In this document: positions 50,336 to 62,643 of the stretch, piece by piece | How the letters are laid out: every line of letters starts with the position of its first letter | Position numbering within the stretch: the first letter of the stretch is position 1 | Position numbers and translations under genes: made by a program | Assembly: GCA_963752595.1 (NCBI GenBank) | Contig: CAVVYZ010000005.1 | Coordinates: forward strand, 96,001-160,000 | DNA from: an uncultured delta proteobacterium | GTDB taxonomy: Bacteria; Desulfobacterota; Desulfomonilia; UBA1062 | DNA length: 64,000 nt | Direction of reading: 5' to 3' | Notes under the pieces: generated by a model | Databases searched by the model: none | What the model was told of the DNA's origin: nothing | The model's input: the letters and a program-made list of their open reading frames with translations, nothing else

Positions 50336-51673
50336 TTACCCGATCAACACATTTTCTTCTGCGAAGCAGTATCGCGGGGCCTCTCTACGGTTTATTATGA
50401 CATATACAAGGGTGAGGATTCCCAGCCTGCCTACCAGCATCGTAATGATGATGAGCAGCTTGCCCAGGCTGTCCATTTTCGAGGTGATCCCCATGGACAG
50501 GCCCACGGTGCCGAAAGCGGAAATGGCCTCGAAGAAATATTCGAGGAACAATCCCCGGCTCTGCTGTATGAGCACAAGACCCTGCTGGTCAATCATCAAT
50601 AAGGATAGTATGAAGATAATGAAAAAAATTGAGACGATAAAGACGGTAATGGTGCGCGATACGATCTCCTGCGGGAGCGTAGCCTTGAAAATATTATTCG
50701 TCTCGCTTCCTTTCAGCCTGTTCCACAAGACGACGAACAGGGTGCCGGCGCTCGTTGTCTTGATACCCCCACCGGTAGAGCCGGGAGATGCTCCGATAAA
50801 CATGAGGAGAATGGCGAACATCAGCGTAGCGTTTCCAAGCAAGGAGAAATCCATGGTATTAAACCCGGCCGTCCGTGTCGTTACTGACTGGAAATAGGAC
50901 ATGAGAATCTTCTCCCACCACGACATGCCGGCCATATAATGATCGCGTTCCAGAATCCAGAAGATGAACGTGCCGAATAGTATCAGCACGGCCGTCACGA
51001 CAAGGGCCAGTTTCGTATGGAGCGTCAGCCTTGCCCTTTTCGCCTTTTTCATGGCGGACAGCAATTCCCTTATGACCGGGAACCCGATCCCCCCAAGGAT
51101 GATGAGACTCGTGATTATTATATTGAGGAGAATATTGTCACGGTAGCCTACGAAGTTGTCGGGAAACAGGGAAAAACCGGCATTGCAGAAAGCGCAGACA
51201 GAGTGGAACAGGGAATAGAAGATGTTCTGCCCGAGAGAAAATCCCTTATTCCAGCAGGGCATGAGCAGGAGAGCGCCTGCGAGCTCTGCTATGAAGGTAA
51301 ATGAAAAGATGAAGATCACAAGTTTTTTGATATCTCTTAAGAAGTCCGAGGAATAGGTTTCCTGGATGAATGAGCGCTGCCGCATGCTGATGCCCCACCC
51401 TGTCGTAAGGTAGAGGAGTGCGGCAAAGGTCATTATGCCCAAGCCTCCCAATTCTACAAGGGTCATGATCAGCATCTGGCCGTAGAAGCTGAAGGTGCTG
51501 CCCGTATCCACCACGGTAAGGCCGGTAACGCAGAGAGCTGAAGTGGCGGTAAACAGCGCATCGATCCAGGCCATATGGCCTTCCCTCGTTGCCCAGGGCA
51601 TCATAAGAAGGCTGCTTCCGATGAAGATTGCAACGAGATAGCTTATGATGAAGACCATTCCGGGGCTGAACAT
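50336..51673 (-). CDS. TrkH/KtrB potassium uptake membrane subunit
   Basis: SALCVTGL, FCNAGF, RTAGF, PGSTGGGIK and SAFGTVGLS motifs. Confidence 0.94.
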   Translation of the reverse strand: MFSPGMVFIISYLVAIFIGSSLLMMPWATREGHMAWIDALFTATSALCVTGLTVVDTGSTFSFYGQMLIMTLVELGGLGIMTFAALLYLTTGWGISMRQRSFIQETYSSDFLRDIKKLVIFIFSFTFIAELAGALLLMPCWNKGFSLGQNIFYSLFHSVCAFCNAGFSLFPDNFVGYRDNILLNIIITSLIILGGIGFPVIRELLSAMKKAKRARLTLHTKLALVVTAVLILFGTFIFWILERDHYMAGMSWWEKILMSYFQSVTTRTAGFNTMDFSLLGNATLMFAILLMFIGASPGSTGGGIKTTSAGTLFVVLWNRLKGSETNNIFKATLPQEIVSRTITVFIVSIFFIIFILSLLMIDQQGLVLIQQSRGLFLEYFFEAISAFGTVGLSMGITSKMDSLGKLLIIITMLVGRLGILTLVYVIINRREAPRYCFAEENVLIG

Positions 51674-52009
51674 AAGGAATCGTCTTGCAAGGGACGCTAA
51701 GGGGTCGTGTAGTTTCAGAGCTCAAGAAATCGGCCCTATTCTTACCGGAAGTTAAAGAGATACATATCCAAATAACATAATCTGTTCATAAATTCGTCCA
51801 TACATTGAAAACCACATTATGTCCAGTTCATAGGTTTATCATGACGCATACGGGATTCATTGATGTTTGGAAGATTCTCTTACGGGGAAAGGGACCGATC
51901 CGGGGGATCACCCTGGCCAAAGCACTTCGGGATGATCGTATCCGCTTGACAGAACAAGGGTACCGGCTGGACGGAGGAGTCTTGCACCCTTCCTCCGTCC
52001 GGTATGGTG

Positions 52010-52444
52010 TTACCGCTTGGTATGGCTCGGCTCAGATACCTTCTCGAGAACTTCCCCGCTCATTTCTTTTTTAGCGGAAGACTTTGTGGCAATATCACCG
52101 AGAGAAATGATTCCGACAGGCTTACCCGAGGTATCGGTAATTACGAGCCTGCGCACCTTGTTCTTTTTCATAGTTTGTGCGGCATCCCGGATATCGGTAT
52201 TTTCAGGGCAGGTGAGTACATGGCTGCTCATGACATCCCTGACTGCGGTCATGGAAGGGTCACGCTGTTCCGCGATGCCCCGCACGACGATATCCCGGTC
52301 CGTAACTACACCGACAACAGAGTTTTCCCGTGACACAGGCATGACGCCCACATCGAGGTCCTTCATTTTTTTCGCTGCATCCATCAGAGATGTATCAATT
52401 GATACCATCTCAGGATTCTTCGTCATGATCTCCTTTACCTGCAT
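52010..52444 (-). CDS. CBS domain protein
   Basis: Tandem CBS domains (GVVTDRDI, GIISLGD). Confidence 0.92.
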   Translation of the reverse strand: MQVKEIMTKNPEMVSIDTSLMDAAKKMKDLDVGVMPVSRENSVVGVVTDRDIVVRGIAEQRDPSMTAVRDVMSSHVLTCPENTDIRDAAQTMKKNKVRRLVITDTSGKPVGIISLGDIATKSSAKKEMSGEVLEKVSEPSHTKR

Positions 52445-53110
52445 ACGATTTCTCCTTTCATCTTTTGTACCCCTGGAGGGAAGCCTTAAAAGGCACTAAT
52501 CCCTGTGCAGGCAGGCCAAGACAGCCATTGCCTGTTTTTGCCTGCCTCAAACGGATAATTACAATGCGGTTGGCACAAAGGTTTATGCATGCATGGAATT
52601 CAGCAGAATTGCATCTATCAAGGCCAGGCATTGTGTTTCACTCGATCAAGATATGTCTTTGAGAGTTAAGATAGGCCGGTTACCTTGCGATATCAACCTT
52701 TCAGGGCTCATAGAAGACTATGGCACAAAAGTCGGAAACCCTTCCTCTTGAAAAATATGATCGATCCATTAGAGAGAACGCCGAAAGTGCTTATTATATT
52801 TTTAGTCACCTATGAAAAAGGCGGAAGCCTTTGAGGGAATAGCCGGATCCTTTTCCCCTCATCTTGGCTGAATCCTCTCCACCCTAGAAAAAAGGGAGTT
52901 TTTTTTATTTGGAAAGTCAATTTTCGCAGAAATGTCAATATTTGGAAATAAAAGTAAAGAAACCTTATGAGCCGGATTACTAATTGCAACAACCTGCCCT
53001 TTCTATACAGTAGCTATCCTGAACAGCCCAAAGTCATCCTTGTATTTTTCCACGGAAAGAGTATGAAGGCTGCAAATAACATAAATTTTTCGATATTTGA
53101 GGGAAAGGGG

Positions 53111-53644
53111 ATGAATATGAAGGATAAGGCAATCGCTTACGCAGCTGCGATTTTGATGATTCTCACTCTCGTTGCAGCAGGTTGCGCCCCTAGACAACCG
53201 GCCGAACAGTCAGCCGAGGTGTCAGGTCCACAGGGAACAGTCGGAGGAACTCCGGCAGGTACGACACCTGGTCAGGCTCCTGATGGTACGATCTCTGCCC
53301 CCACCCAGAGCGGGTTCAACAAAATAGTCTATTTCGATTATGACAGTTATAATCTCAAGCCGGAGGCGAAGCAGGAACTTACCGAGCTTGTGAGCTATAT
53401 GAAGGCGAATTCCACCTTCAAAGTACAGATAGCCGGCAATTGCGATGAGAGAGGCACCAACGAATACAATGTCGCCCTGGGAGACAAGAGAGCAAGGGTT
53501 GTACAGGAATACTGCGTATCGTCAGGCATCGACCCGAAGAGGATCTCAACGATCAGCTACGGTGAAGAGAAGCCGTTACACCCTGGCCACAACGAGGAAG
53601 CCTGGTCAAAGAACCGCAGGGATGAGTTCGTATTCAGCAAGTAG
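53111..53644 (+). CDS. pal: Peptidoglycan-associated lipoprotein
   Basis: AAGC lipobox; VYFDYD, GNCDERGTNEYN.ALG.KRA, SYGEEKP and NRR motifs. Confidence 0.9.
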   Translation: MNMKDKAIAYAAAILMILTLVAAGCAPRQPAEQSAEVSGPQGTVGGTPAGTTPGQAPDGTISAPTQSGFNKIVYFDYDSYNLKPEAKQELTELVSYMKANSTFKVQIAGNCDERGTNEYNVALGDKRARVVQEYCVSSGIDPKRISTISYGEEKPLHPGHNEEAWSKNRRDEFVFSK

Positions 53645-53723
53645 AGACGTAGCAAATAAGTGATGATTTTGCTGGTATTATCTGCTATTTAACTGGGCAG
53701 AAATAAATAAAATATAGGAGATA

Positions 53724-53999
53724 ATGAAAATGAAAAAGAGCTTTTTAACGGTTTGTTTTGTGTTATTGGTATTTGGGCTGATGTTCTCCCTTTCCAGCTG
53801 CCAGAAGAAGCAGGAAGCAGAAACCGGCCAGCCCGGCGTAGAGAGCACGGACACCGCAGCACCCGCTCCTGAAGCAACCCCTGCTCCGGCACCAGAGATG
53901 ACCCCGGCTCCTTCAACCGAGGCTCCGGCTCCTTCAACCGACACAGCAGCACCTGCTCCCGGCGCAACAGAAGTACCGGCACCTCCTGCCGCACAGTAA
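53724..53999 (+). CDS. Small Pro/Ala/Thr-rich lipoprotein
   Basis: LSSC lipobox and PAP repeats; AGGAG RBS. Confidence 0.75.
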   Translation: MKMKKSFLTVCFVLLVFGLMFSLSSCQKKQEAETGQPGVESTDTAAPAPEATPAPAPEMTPAPSTEAPAPSTDTAAPAPGATEVPAPPAAQ

Positions 54000-54129
54000 T
54001 TAGTTCGTTGGAGAAAAGGGTGGGTGCCGGGATAGCCGTCTTAGCTGTTTCCGGCACTTACCCCTGTACTGAGCACATAACAAAGGGAAATCATCAGGAC
54101 CGACCAATTCCTTAAGCAAAAGAAGCTGA

Positions 54130-55512
54130 AATCAGCCTAGAACAGCCATCTGACCAACCCCATCTTGAACCGGTACGGGGTATAACGTAAGGGTATATCA
54201 TACTGCAGGGTGTTCCTTACGATGCTCTTGGTGTGGCTGAAGGTATCAAACCCGGCTTTACCCGTGATACAGTCCCATGCCGCTGTCGCCTACACCCCCA
54301 AATGGCAGCAGGGAAGGAGACGCCAGATGGACCATTGCGTCATTGATGCAGAATCCACCCGACGATGTCTCCTTCTTCGCCTGCTCCTGCTTTGGCCTGT
54401 CACGGGTAAAAAGATACAGGGCAAGGGGCTTGGGGCGAGAATTTACAAAATCCAGAGCTTCAGAAAACGTGTCGAAGGTAAACGCCGGCAGGATGGGGCC
54501 GAATATCTCTTCCTGCATGAGCGGCGAATCAACCGGTACGCCTTCCATTATGGTAGCCGCGATGTAGGGTTCCTTTTGAGAGGGCCTGTCCGCCTATGAC
54601 TATATCTCCCTGATCCATGAGGGCTCAAATCCGGTCGGAGTGTGACCTGTTGACGATTCGTGCTTAGTAGGGACTCTTTCTCGGGTCCTGCCGTATAACT
54701 TGATAACCGCCTTTTTGAGCGCATCTAGAAACGGCCCTTTGATTCCGTTGTCCACCAGGAGATAATCAGGGGCAACACATGTCTGCCCGGCATTGAAAAA
54801 TTTGGACCAGACAATCCTCCTGCTCGCATAATCGATCTGAATGTCCCTGTCCACGATACAGGGGCTCTTGCCTCCAAGCTTTAAGTGTTACCGGAGTGAG
54901 TGACGTGATGCAGCCTCCAGGCAATCTTTGCTACGCGTGCCCCGCCGGTGAAAAATATGTGATCGAAGCGGTGAGAGAAATTTCCCCGGCAACATCGGCC
55001 CTCGGGTTGCTACCGACACATAGCCGGGATCGACGTGTCTTGTTATGATATCTTCGAGGGCCCTTGCGGTATGGGGAGCAAGTTCCGAAGGCTTGAGAAG
55101 GACACAGTTTCCTGCGGCGATAGCGCTTACAAGCGTCACCATGGAGAGCATGAAGGTAGTTCCAAGAGGCTATTACCAGCACGATCCCCAGGGGCTCTGG
55201 AACGGTGAAACAGGATGACGGAAGGAGCGGAATAACAGTCCTGTGCCTGGAGCTGCCTTGCTCAGGAGGAAAGATTCCTGATTGCATGCGTGATTTCATT
55301 GAGCGTGATGGCTATATCACTTGCGTAAGCCTCAAGCTCGGGTTTGGCCATATCCTTCTTCTGGGCATCCAGGATGAAGCCTTTCTCTTTTTGTATGATG
55401 CTATGAAAGCAGCTTCAACTGCGACTTGCGGCTCTCCACATCCTTCGTAATACCTGTCCTGAAAAAAAAGTCTCTGCTTTTCAACAACCTCCGAAATCAT
55501 TGCAGACTCCAT
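54130..55512 (-). pseudogene. Aldehyde dehydrogenase with numerous frameshifts
   Basis: Fragments EPLGIVLVIASWNY, LKPSE, (E)LGGKSP, FNAGQTCVAPDY, EEIFGP and PFGGVG.SGMG are spread over at least five frame segments. Confidence 0.85.
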
Positions 55513-55675
55513 TGTTCTCTCCTCTCGTTTATCCTATAGATAATTATAGAAGGAGGGATATCCCGGTCTAAGTACAGGGAATTCCCATCATTCTAAGAAT
55601 CAGAAGATATTCGCCCTCCTATCGAAGGACGATATAATGCTCTTCCTTGACAATGGGGAGAAATAGAACAGCTCT

Positions 55676-56416
55676 TTGGATGATCGCAGGGGTATGGTGA
55701 TGCATACATTCATCGGGACATCCGGGTGGAATTACGATCACTGGAAAGAACGCTTTTATCCTGCAGGATATCCCAAAGCCCGTTGGCTTGACTATTACAT
55801 GAATATCTTTTCAACTGTTGAAGTGAACGCAACCTTTTACCGGCAGATGAACACGGACACCTTTTTGAAGTGGCGGATGAAAGGCCCTGATGATTTCGTT
55901 TTCTCTCTCAAGGCAAACCGGTACATCACTCACATCATGAAACTGAAAAACGTGGAGGATTCCGTAAGGACCTTTATTTCATCCGTTTCCGTTCTCGGCC
56001 TTAAACTCGGGCCCCTCCTCTTCCAGCTTCCTCCTTCACTCGTTTTCGATGAAAACATACTTGAGACTTTTCTGGCCGTCCTGCCGGATGGTTACCGGTA
56101 CACGGTCGAGGCCAGACATAAGAGCTGGACCTCTACCGATGCCCTTTCTGTCCTTGGCAGGCATAATATTGCATGGTGCATTGCTGATACGGCCGGACGC
56201 TTCCCCTACCTGGAGGCCGTTACCGCCGATTTCGTCTACATCCGGCTCCATGGTTCGAAAAAGCTCTATGTATCTGATTATACCACAAATGAACTTGACG
56301 AATGGGCAGAGAAGATCAGGTCATGGGGCGTTGATGCATATGTTTATTTTGACAATGACTTTATGGCACATGCGCCCGGGAATGCATTGCAGCTCCGGGA
56401 AATTCTTAAACGATAA
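55676..56416 (+). CDS. DUF72 family protein
   Basis: IGTSGW, VEVNATFY, LFQLPP, YIRLHG and YFDND motifs. Confidence 0.92.
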   Translation: MDDRRGMVMHTFIGTSGWNYDHWKERFYPAGYPKARWLDYYMNIFSTVEVNATFYRQMNTDTFLKWRMKGPDDFVFSLKANRYITHIMKLKNVEDSVRTFISSVSVLGLKLGPLLFQLPPSLVFDENILETFLAVLPDGYRYTVEARHKSWTSTDALSVLGRHNIAWCIADTAGRFPYLEAVTADFVYIRLHGSKKLYVSDYTTNELDEWAEKIRSWGVDAYVYFDNDFMAHAPGNALQLREILKR

Positions 56417-56478
56417 ATAAATCCTCAGCCAGAAAGGTCGCGTTGTATTTCAATGATCGATAGTTATTATTAAAGGCA

Positions 56479-57060
56479 ATGGAATCATTTAAATATTCGG
56501 AGGCAGTCACCATGAGAAAGATCCTTTTCTTATCTTTCCTGACAGGCCTGTTTCTCGTCTGTACGGTAAGCGGCCAGACCCTTGCAGCCTCAAAAAGGGG
56601 AAGAGTTATGGAAATACAGAGTTCGGCTTTTCATCAGGGGGGATTGATCCCTCCTCAATATACCTGTACCGGAAAGAACATATCACCTCCTCTCTCCTGG
56701 AAGGGGATTCCGGAAGGTACCAAAAGCATCGCGATCATAACCGACGATCCCGATGCACCCATGGGGACATGGGTACACTGGGTCTACTATGACATTCCTG
56801 ATCATGTTTCCGGCTTGCCGGAGCATGTACTCCAGGGGAAGAAGCCTTCCACCGGCGGTACGCAGGGCATGAACGATTCCCGCAATATCGGATACGACGG
56901 CCCCTGCCCTCCATCCGGAATCCACCGGTACTATTTCAAGGCCTATGCCCTCGATGCCATGCTCAATTTATCCCCGGGAGCGAGTAAAAGAGAGCTCCTC
57001 AATGCCATGCAGGGGCATATCCTCGGAGAAAGCGTACTCATGGGAAAGTACGGCAAATAG
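56479..57060 (+). CDS. YbhB/YbcL (PEBP) family protein
   Basis: SPPLSW, DPDAP, WVHW, GPCPP and HRY motifs. Confidence 0.93.
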   Translation: MESFKYSEAVTMRKILFLSFLTGLFLVCTVSGQTLAASKRGRVMEIQSSAFHQGGLIPPQYTCTGKNISPPLSWKGIPEGTKSIAIITDDPDAPMGTWVHWVYYDIPDHVSGLPEHVLQGKKPSTGGTQGMNDSRNIGYDGPCPPSGIHRYYFKAYALDAMLNLSPGASKRELLNAMQGHILGESVLMGKYGK

Positions 57061-57109
57061 TACAATCGGCCGTGAAATACGAGCAGGGGCACAGCACCCC
57101 GGGGAAACT

Positions 57110-58059
57110 TTACCACTTGTTGTATCTCCAGAGGATCATGACACCGAGAGCTGAGAAAAATGCCATGGCCACGATGATCCAGAAGGCGAACGGATTATCG
57201 TGCAACGGGATGCCCACGTTCATGGAAAAGGCGCTCACCACGAAGGTGGGTATCATGATGCATATCGTGATGATGTTCAGGATTTGATGAGGATATTGAG
57301 ATTGTTGCTCACGATCGAGGCCCGGGCGTCCATGAGGCTCGCCAGGATGTTCGAATAGATCTCGGCCTGCCGGTAGCACTGGTTGTTCTCGATGAGAATG
57401 TCGTCGAGGAATTCGGTCTCCTCGGTGAGGAACCCTACTTTCGTGGCATAATTCTTCAGCTTTTCGATGACCACGGTGTTTGCATGGATGGCGTTCAGAT
57501 AGTATACGAGGCTTTTTTCCAGAGTGAACAGGTTGATAAGATAACGGTTCTCCATAGAAATGTTGATTTTCTGCTCCAGTTCATCCGTAACGAGGTTGAT
57601 GACCTTGAGATGCTCCATGAAATGATAAGCTGACCGGTTGATGAGCTTAAGAAAGAGGCCTCTCAAGGAGTAGATCCGGTTGAACTGTTTGCCCTCGAAG
57701 AGCGAAATATCCTCGGAAAGAATTACGATCAACTGATCCTTGAAAAGGAAAACTCCTGTGGAAACGACCCGGAAAGCGAATTCTTCATCACCTGAGTAGC
57801 TCTTGGGCATCTTGAAAATAAGGGCCAGATGGTCCGGTTCAAGCTCGATACGGGATATTTCGTCAGGGTCTAATGCGGAATTTAAGGTATGCTCGTCGAT
57901 CTTGAGCTCATCTACGAGGTAGCGCCGTTCTTCGATCTCCGGGTTGATGTACACCTGGATGGAACAATCGGAGTCATGGGACATGACGATTCTGTTGTCG
58001 CAGACTTTATATTTCCTAAGCATCCTTCTTCCACCGTCTTTTCTCCAAAAGCGACTCAA
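57110..58059 (-). CDS. CorA-family divalent cation transporter, frameshift near 57290
   Basis: DEHTL.SALDPDE motif; SMNV (GMN-like) motif and two C-terminal TMs in the second frame. Confidence 0.85.
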
Positions 58060-58367
58060 TCACTGGCATAATGACTATATTGAAGCCCCTGCAGCATTGA
58101 GGGGTTTCAACCCAAACTTTCCGTCTCGTGTCTAATCCGGGCTGTAATGACTAATACGAACAGACCTTTTCGCAATATGCCCGATTCCGCTGCCGGTCAA
58201 GCTAAAATAACAGATTCGTGTTTTTCCTTTCAGTAATATCCGACCTCTTCCTGCCGCTTCTATCGGTGGATCCAACAACTCGCGGGACTAAGCAGAAATC
58301 CTTTTTTTGCAATATTTTACCTTTTGCGATCTGGACATCGCTCTTATGAGGATTATCTTTACCAAGC

Positions 58368-59882
58368 ATGATTGCAAGTGTTCATTCAGCCTGTCTGTGG
58401 GGTACGGACGGCTTAAGTGTAATGGTGGAGGCCGATATTCAGGGAGGGATTCCGGGGTTTTCCATTGTGGGCCTGCCCGATAACGCGGTGAGAGAAAGCA
58501 GGGAGCGCATCCGGTCTGCGATCATAAATTCAGGGCTGGATTTCCCGCCCAGGCGTATTACGGTTAATCTTGCCCCTGCAGATCATAAGAAGGAAGGCGG
58601 CATCTTCGACCTGCCAATATGCATAGCCATCCTCGCGGCACTTGATGTTATTCCCCAGGATCGCATCGATGATATCATGTTCGTGGGCGAACTGGGCCTC
58701 AATGGCGGGGTGAGGCCGGTACGGGGTGCGATATCTTTTGCTTTCCTGGCAAAGCAGAAATCGTTCAGAGGCCTTATCTGCCCGGCAACGAATGCGAGAG
58801 AGGCTTCTTTGTCCGGCGTCTGTATATGGCCTGTCCGCGATCTCAAAGAGATTGTAGCCTTTCTCAAGTCCGATTTTCCAGACCCTTTCCTGACTGACAA
58901 GCCCATTACGGATTGCATCCACAAGCATCTCCTCGATCTCTCGGACATTACCGGTCAGGCCATGCCCAAGAGAGCCCTGGAGATCGCTGCTGCCGGTTCT
59001 CATAATCTTCTTTTCCTGGGACCTCCGGGGGCGGGCAAGTCAATGCTCGCAAAGCGCCTGCCTACAGTGCTTCCCGATCTCTCTCAAGACGAGGTCCTTG
59101 AATGCACCCGTATATACTCGGCTTCAGGGAGGCTCAAGAAGAACTCCATCGTAACCGGCCGGCCCTTCCGATGCCCTCACCATTCAATCTCGGACGCAGG
59201 TCTCATCGGCGGCGGATCGATTCCGGCCCCCGGGGAGGTCACCCTGTCTCATAACGGGGTGCTGTTCCTTGATGAGCTTGCGGAATTCAAGAGAGGTGCT
59301 CTTGAATCGCTCCGGCAGCCTCTTGAGGACGGTAATGTCACGATATCCAGGGCTCAAAGGGCGCTCACCTTCCCTGCCCGCTTCCAGCTGATTGCCGCCA
59401 TGAATCCCTGCCCATGCGGATTTCTCGGTCATCCCTCGAAAGAGTGCAGATGCACTCCCGCACAAGTTTCAAAATATCGGAGCCGTATCTCCGGCCCGCT
59501 CCTGGACAGGATCGATCTCCATGTCTGGGTTGACCCTGTGGATGCATCAAGTATCCTCTCTCCGAAACACACCTCTTCATCCTTGCCCGTACGAGACCGC
59601 ATAGCAAGAGCGCGGTCTGTCCAACAGGCAAGAGGGTTTCTGAATGCGCATATCCCCGAAGGGGAAATCGAGAAGATCTGTGAGATGGACTCGAAAAGCA
59701 AAAATCTCCTTATCAGTGCCATGAAGACCTGTAATTTGAGCATGAGGGGTTATAAGAGGGTTATTAAGGTCGCCCGGTCCATTGCGGATCTGGAAGGATC
59801 AGCTGCCATACGACAGGACCACCTGGCTGAGGCGCTTCAATACCGGCCCGAACTCGCAGATGCCGTATCACGAGGCCTCTGA
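58368..59882 (+). CDS. comM: YifB/ComM Mg-chelatase-like AAA+ ATPase
   Basis: VGLPD.AVRES, NLAPAD, GPPGAGKS, PFRCPHH, LFLDE and SGPLLDRID motifs. Confidence 0.92.
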   Translation: MIASVHSACLWGTDGLSVMVEADIQGGIPGFSIVGLPDNAVRESRERIRSAIINSGLDFPPRRITVNLAPADHKKEGGIFDLPICIAILAALDVIPQDRIDDIMFVGELGLNGGVRPVRGAISFAFLAKQKSFRGLICPATNAREASLSGVCIWPVRDLKEIVAFLKSDFPDPFLTDKPITDCIHKHLLDLSDITGQAMPKRALEIAAAGSHNLLFLGPPGAGKSMLAKRLPTVLPDLSQDEVLECTRIYSASGRLKKNSIVTGRPFRCPHHSISDAGLIGGGSIPAPGEVTLSHNGVLFLDELAEFKRGALESLRQPLEDGNVTISRAQRALTFPARFQLIAAMNPCPCGFLGHPSKECRCTPAQVSKYRSRISGPLLDRIDLHVWVDPVDASSILSPKHTSSSLPVRDRIARARSVQQARGFLNAHIPEGEIEKICEMDSKSKNLLISAMKTCNLSMRGYKRVIKVARSIADLEGSAAIRQDHLAEALQYRPELADAVSRGL

Positions 59883-60010
59883 GTTCCGAAGAGCCGCCCG
59901 AAACCGTCCCTGTATCCTTATCTCCTTTATCCATGCCATATCAGATATCCAGACCTGGAATGATTAAACATTTCACGGTGATTAGACGATACGGTTGCTT
60001 GTGGTGAACT

Positions 60011-62588
60011 ATGAAACATCTACACCACGAGAAGCAACATCATGGGAGATGTATGCCGGTGAAAAGCAACCGTTTCAAGGTGACCGATCATGTGATCGCA
60101 TTGGGGCTCATCCTTGCCGTTTTCTTTTGGATAGTCGAATCAACGGCACATGTCATCATTTCCAGAGACTGTGAACTCATCGGCGAAATATTCAATAAAG
60201 ATCCTCATGAAATATGGACACGTTCCATCTACTTTGCCACGATCATCCTCTTTGCATTATTAGCCCAGTATCTGTTATCCAGACAGAAGAAAATCGAAGT
60301 AGAGCTGAAGGAAAGTGAAGGGAAATACCGCACCTTTGTGGAAACGCTTACGGATATCGTCTTCACCCTGGACATAGAAGGCAGATTTACCTATCTCAAC
60401 CCCATGATTCAGACAGTTTCCGGCCATAGGCCTGAAGACCTCCTAGGAAGGTCATTCCAGGACATCCTGACGCCGGAGATCAAACAGTTCACCGTTGACA
60501 GGTTTAAAAAAGAAATGGCAGGCGAAGAGATCCCCCTGTACGAGATAGAGATTTTTGGGGCTGACGGACGGATAATACCCATGGAGATCAGCATGAGAAC
60601 CATGAGGGATTACAGTGATACGATCACGGGAAGGATAGGTGTTGCCAGAGATATCAGCCTTCGCAGGTCTGTGGAAACAGCCCTGAAGGAGACCGAAGAA
60701 AAGTTCAGGGTTCTGGCTGAATCAACGCCGACTGCCATTATGCTCTTCCAGGACGATACATGGATCTATGCGAACCCGGCCGCCGAGAAGATAAGCGGTT
60801 ACTCAATGGAAGAACTCCGCACCATGTATTTTTGGGAGATCGTACACCCTGATTTCAGATATCTGGTACAGGATCGGGCCGCAAGACGCCTGAAAGGACT
60901 CGCGCCGGTCAAGCGTTATGAGTTCAAGATCATTTCGAAAGAAAAAAAGAGATCTGGGTGGATCTCTCCGGTGCAACCATCATGCTCGACGGGCGGCCGG
61001 CTGGTATTATTTCCGCCTTCGATATCACCGAGAGAAAAAACTCTGAGCAGGCCCTCAAGGAAAGCGAAATCAAATACCGGACCATTCTCGAACGTATCGA
61101 GGAAGGATATTTTGAGCTTGACCTGAACGGGTATTTTACCTTCTTCAACAACTCCCTGTGCAAGATCCTTGAATATCCGAAAGAACACCTGATGGGTATG
61201 GATTACCGGGTACTCGTCCCGGCCGCGACAAGGAGGAAGATCTCCAGAACCGCCAGGGCGATCTACGATACGGGAAAGCAGCAGGAAATAATCAATTTTG
61301 AGGCAATCCGGGGAGACAAGAACATCGGCACACTCGAAATGTCGATCTCACTCATCCGTGATCAACTTGAAAATGCAGTCGGGTTCAGGGGAATCGTCCG
61401 GGATATCACTGATCGAAAGCGCCTTGAAGCTCAACTCCTGCAAGCCCAGAAGATGGAAGCCATCGGCACCCTTGCAGGCGGCATCGCCCATGATTTCAAC
61501 AATCTCCTTATGGCCATTCAGGGCAATACATCTCTCATGAGCATCGGTATGGATACCGATCACCCCCATTACAAGAGGGTCAAGCATATCGAACAATGCG
61601 TACAGAGCGGATCCGATCTGACCAGACAGCTGCTCGGCTTCGCCAGAGGCGGGAAATATGAGGTCAAGCCCGCAGATGTCAACTATATGATCCAGAAGAC
61701 TTCCGAAATGTTCGGGCAGACAAGAAAAGAGATACGAGTCCACAGGAAATACCAGGAAGATGCCTGGTGTGTGGAGGCTGACAAGGGGCAGATCGAGCAG
61801 GTACTGCTGAACCTTTACGTAAACGCATGGCAAGCCATGCCCGAGGGAGGAGATCTTTATATCGAGTCATGCAATATTACCCTTGATGAGAACGATGTCC
61901 GTACGCACGATACAAAGCCGGGTCCCTATGTGAGGATTTCCGTTACCGATACCGGTGTGGGAATGGATGAAAAGACCATGAGGAGGATCTTCGAGCCCTT
62001 CTTCACGCACCAAGGATATGTCCGGGGATCCGGTCTGGGCCTTGCCTCGGCCTACGGGATCGTCAAAAACCACGGAGGATTTATCACGGTCTCCAGCAAG
62101 AAAGACAAGGGGAGCACCTTCCATGTCAATCTGCCCGCCTCCGACAAGGTTGCTTCAGGCGAGGCCAAGGAAGGTTCCCAGAAGATGCTTCCAGGGACCG
62201 AGACCATCCTTCTGGTAGACGACGAGGACCATGATCATCGAGATCGGCAGCGAGCTCTTGAAACAGTTGGGCTATACGGTCAATGACAGCTTCCAGCGGC
62301 CAGGAGGCCCTTAAGATATTTACCGATCAGAAGGATACGGTGGACCTTGTTATCCTGGATATGATCATGCCCGGGCTTGGGGGCTCGGAGACGTTCGACC
62401 GGATCAGACAGGTCCGCAGTGACATCAAGGTGATCCTATCGAGCGGCTACAGCCTCAATGGTCACGCTGCAAAGATCTTGAACAAGGGATGCAACGGATT
62501 TATCCAGAAGCCCTTCGATATTGCAGCCTTTTCAAGGAAGATCCGCGAGGTTCTCGATTCACACCCTGCCGGAAACGATCTATCCTAG
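60011..62588 (+). CDS. PAS hybrid histidine kinase/response regulator, frameshifts near 60945 and 62230
   Basis: Two TMs, three PAS domains, GGIAHDFNN, GSGLGL and REC (LVDDE...ILDMIMP) across three ORFs. Confidence 0.9.
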
Positions 62589-62643
62589 AACGCGGCCAAG
62601 CTCCTCAGTTGTTGATACACAGTTCGTTTAAGGCCGAACCTGT

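Noticed and set aside
51680-52000. Riboswitch upstream of the potassium uptake operon
   Set aside because: No recognisable c-di-AMP riboswitch consensus. The only clear structure is a hairpin at ~51961-52004, which fits a terminator for the CBS gene.
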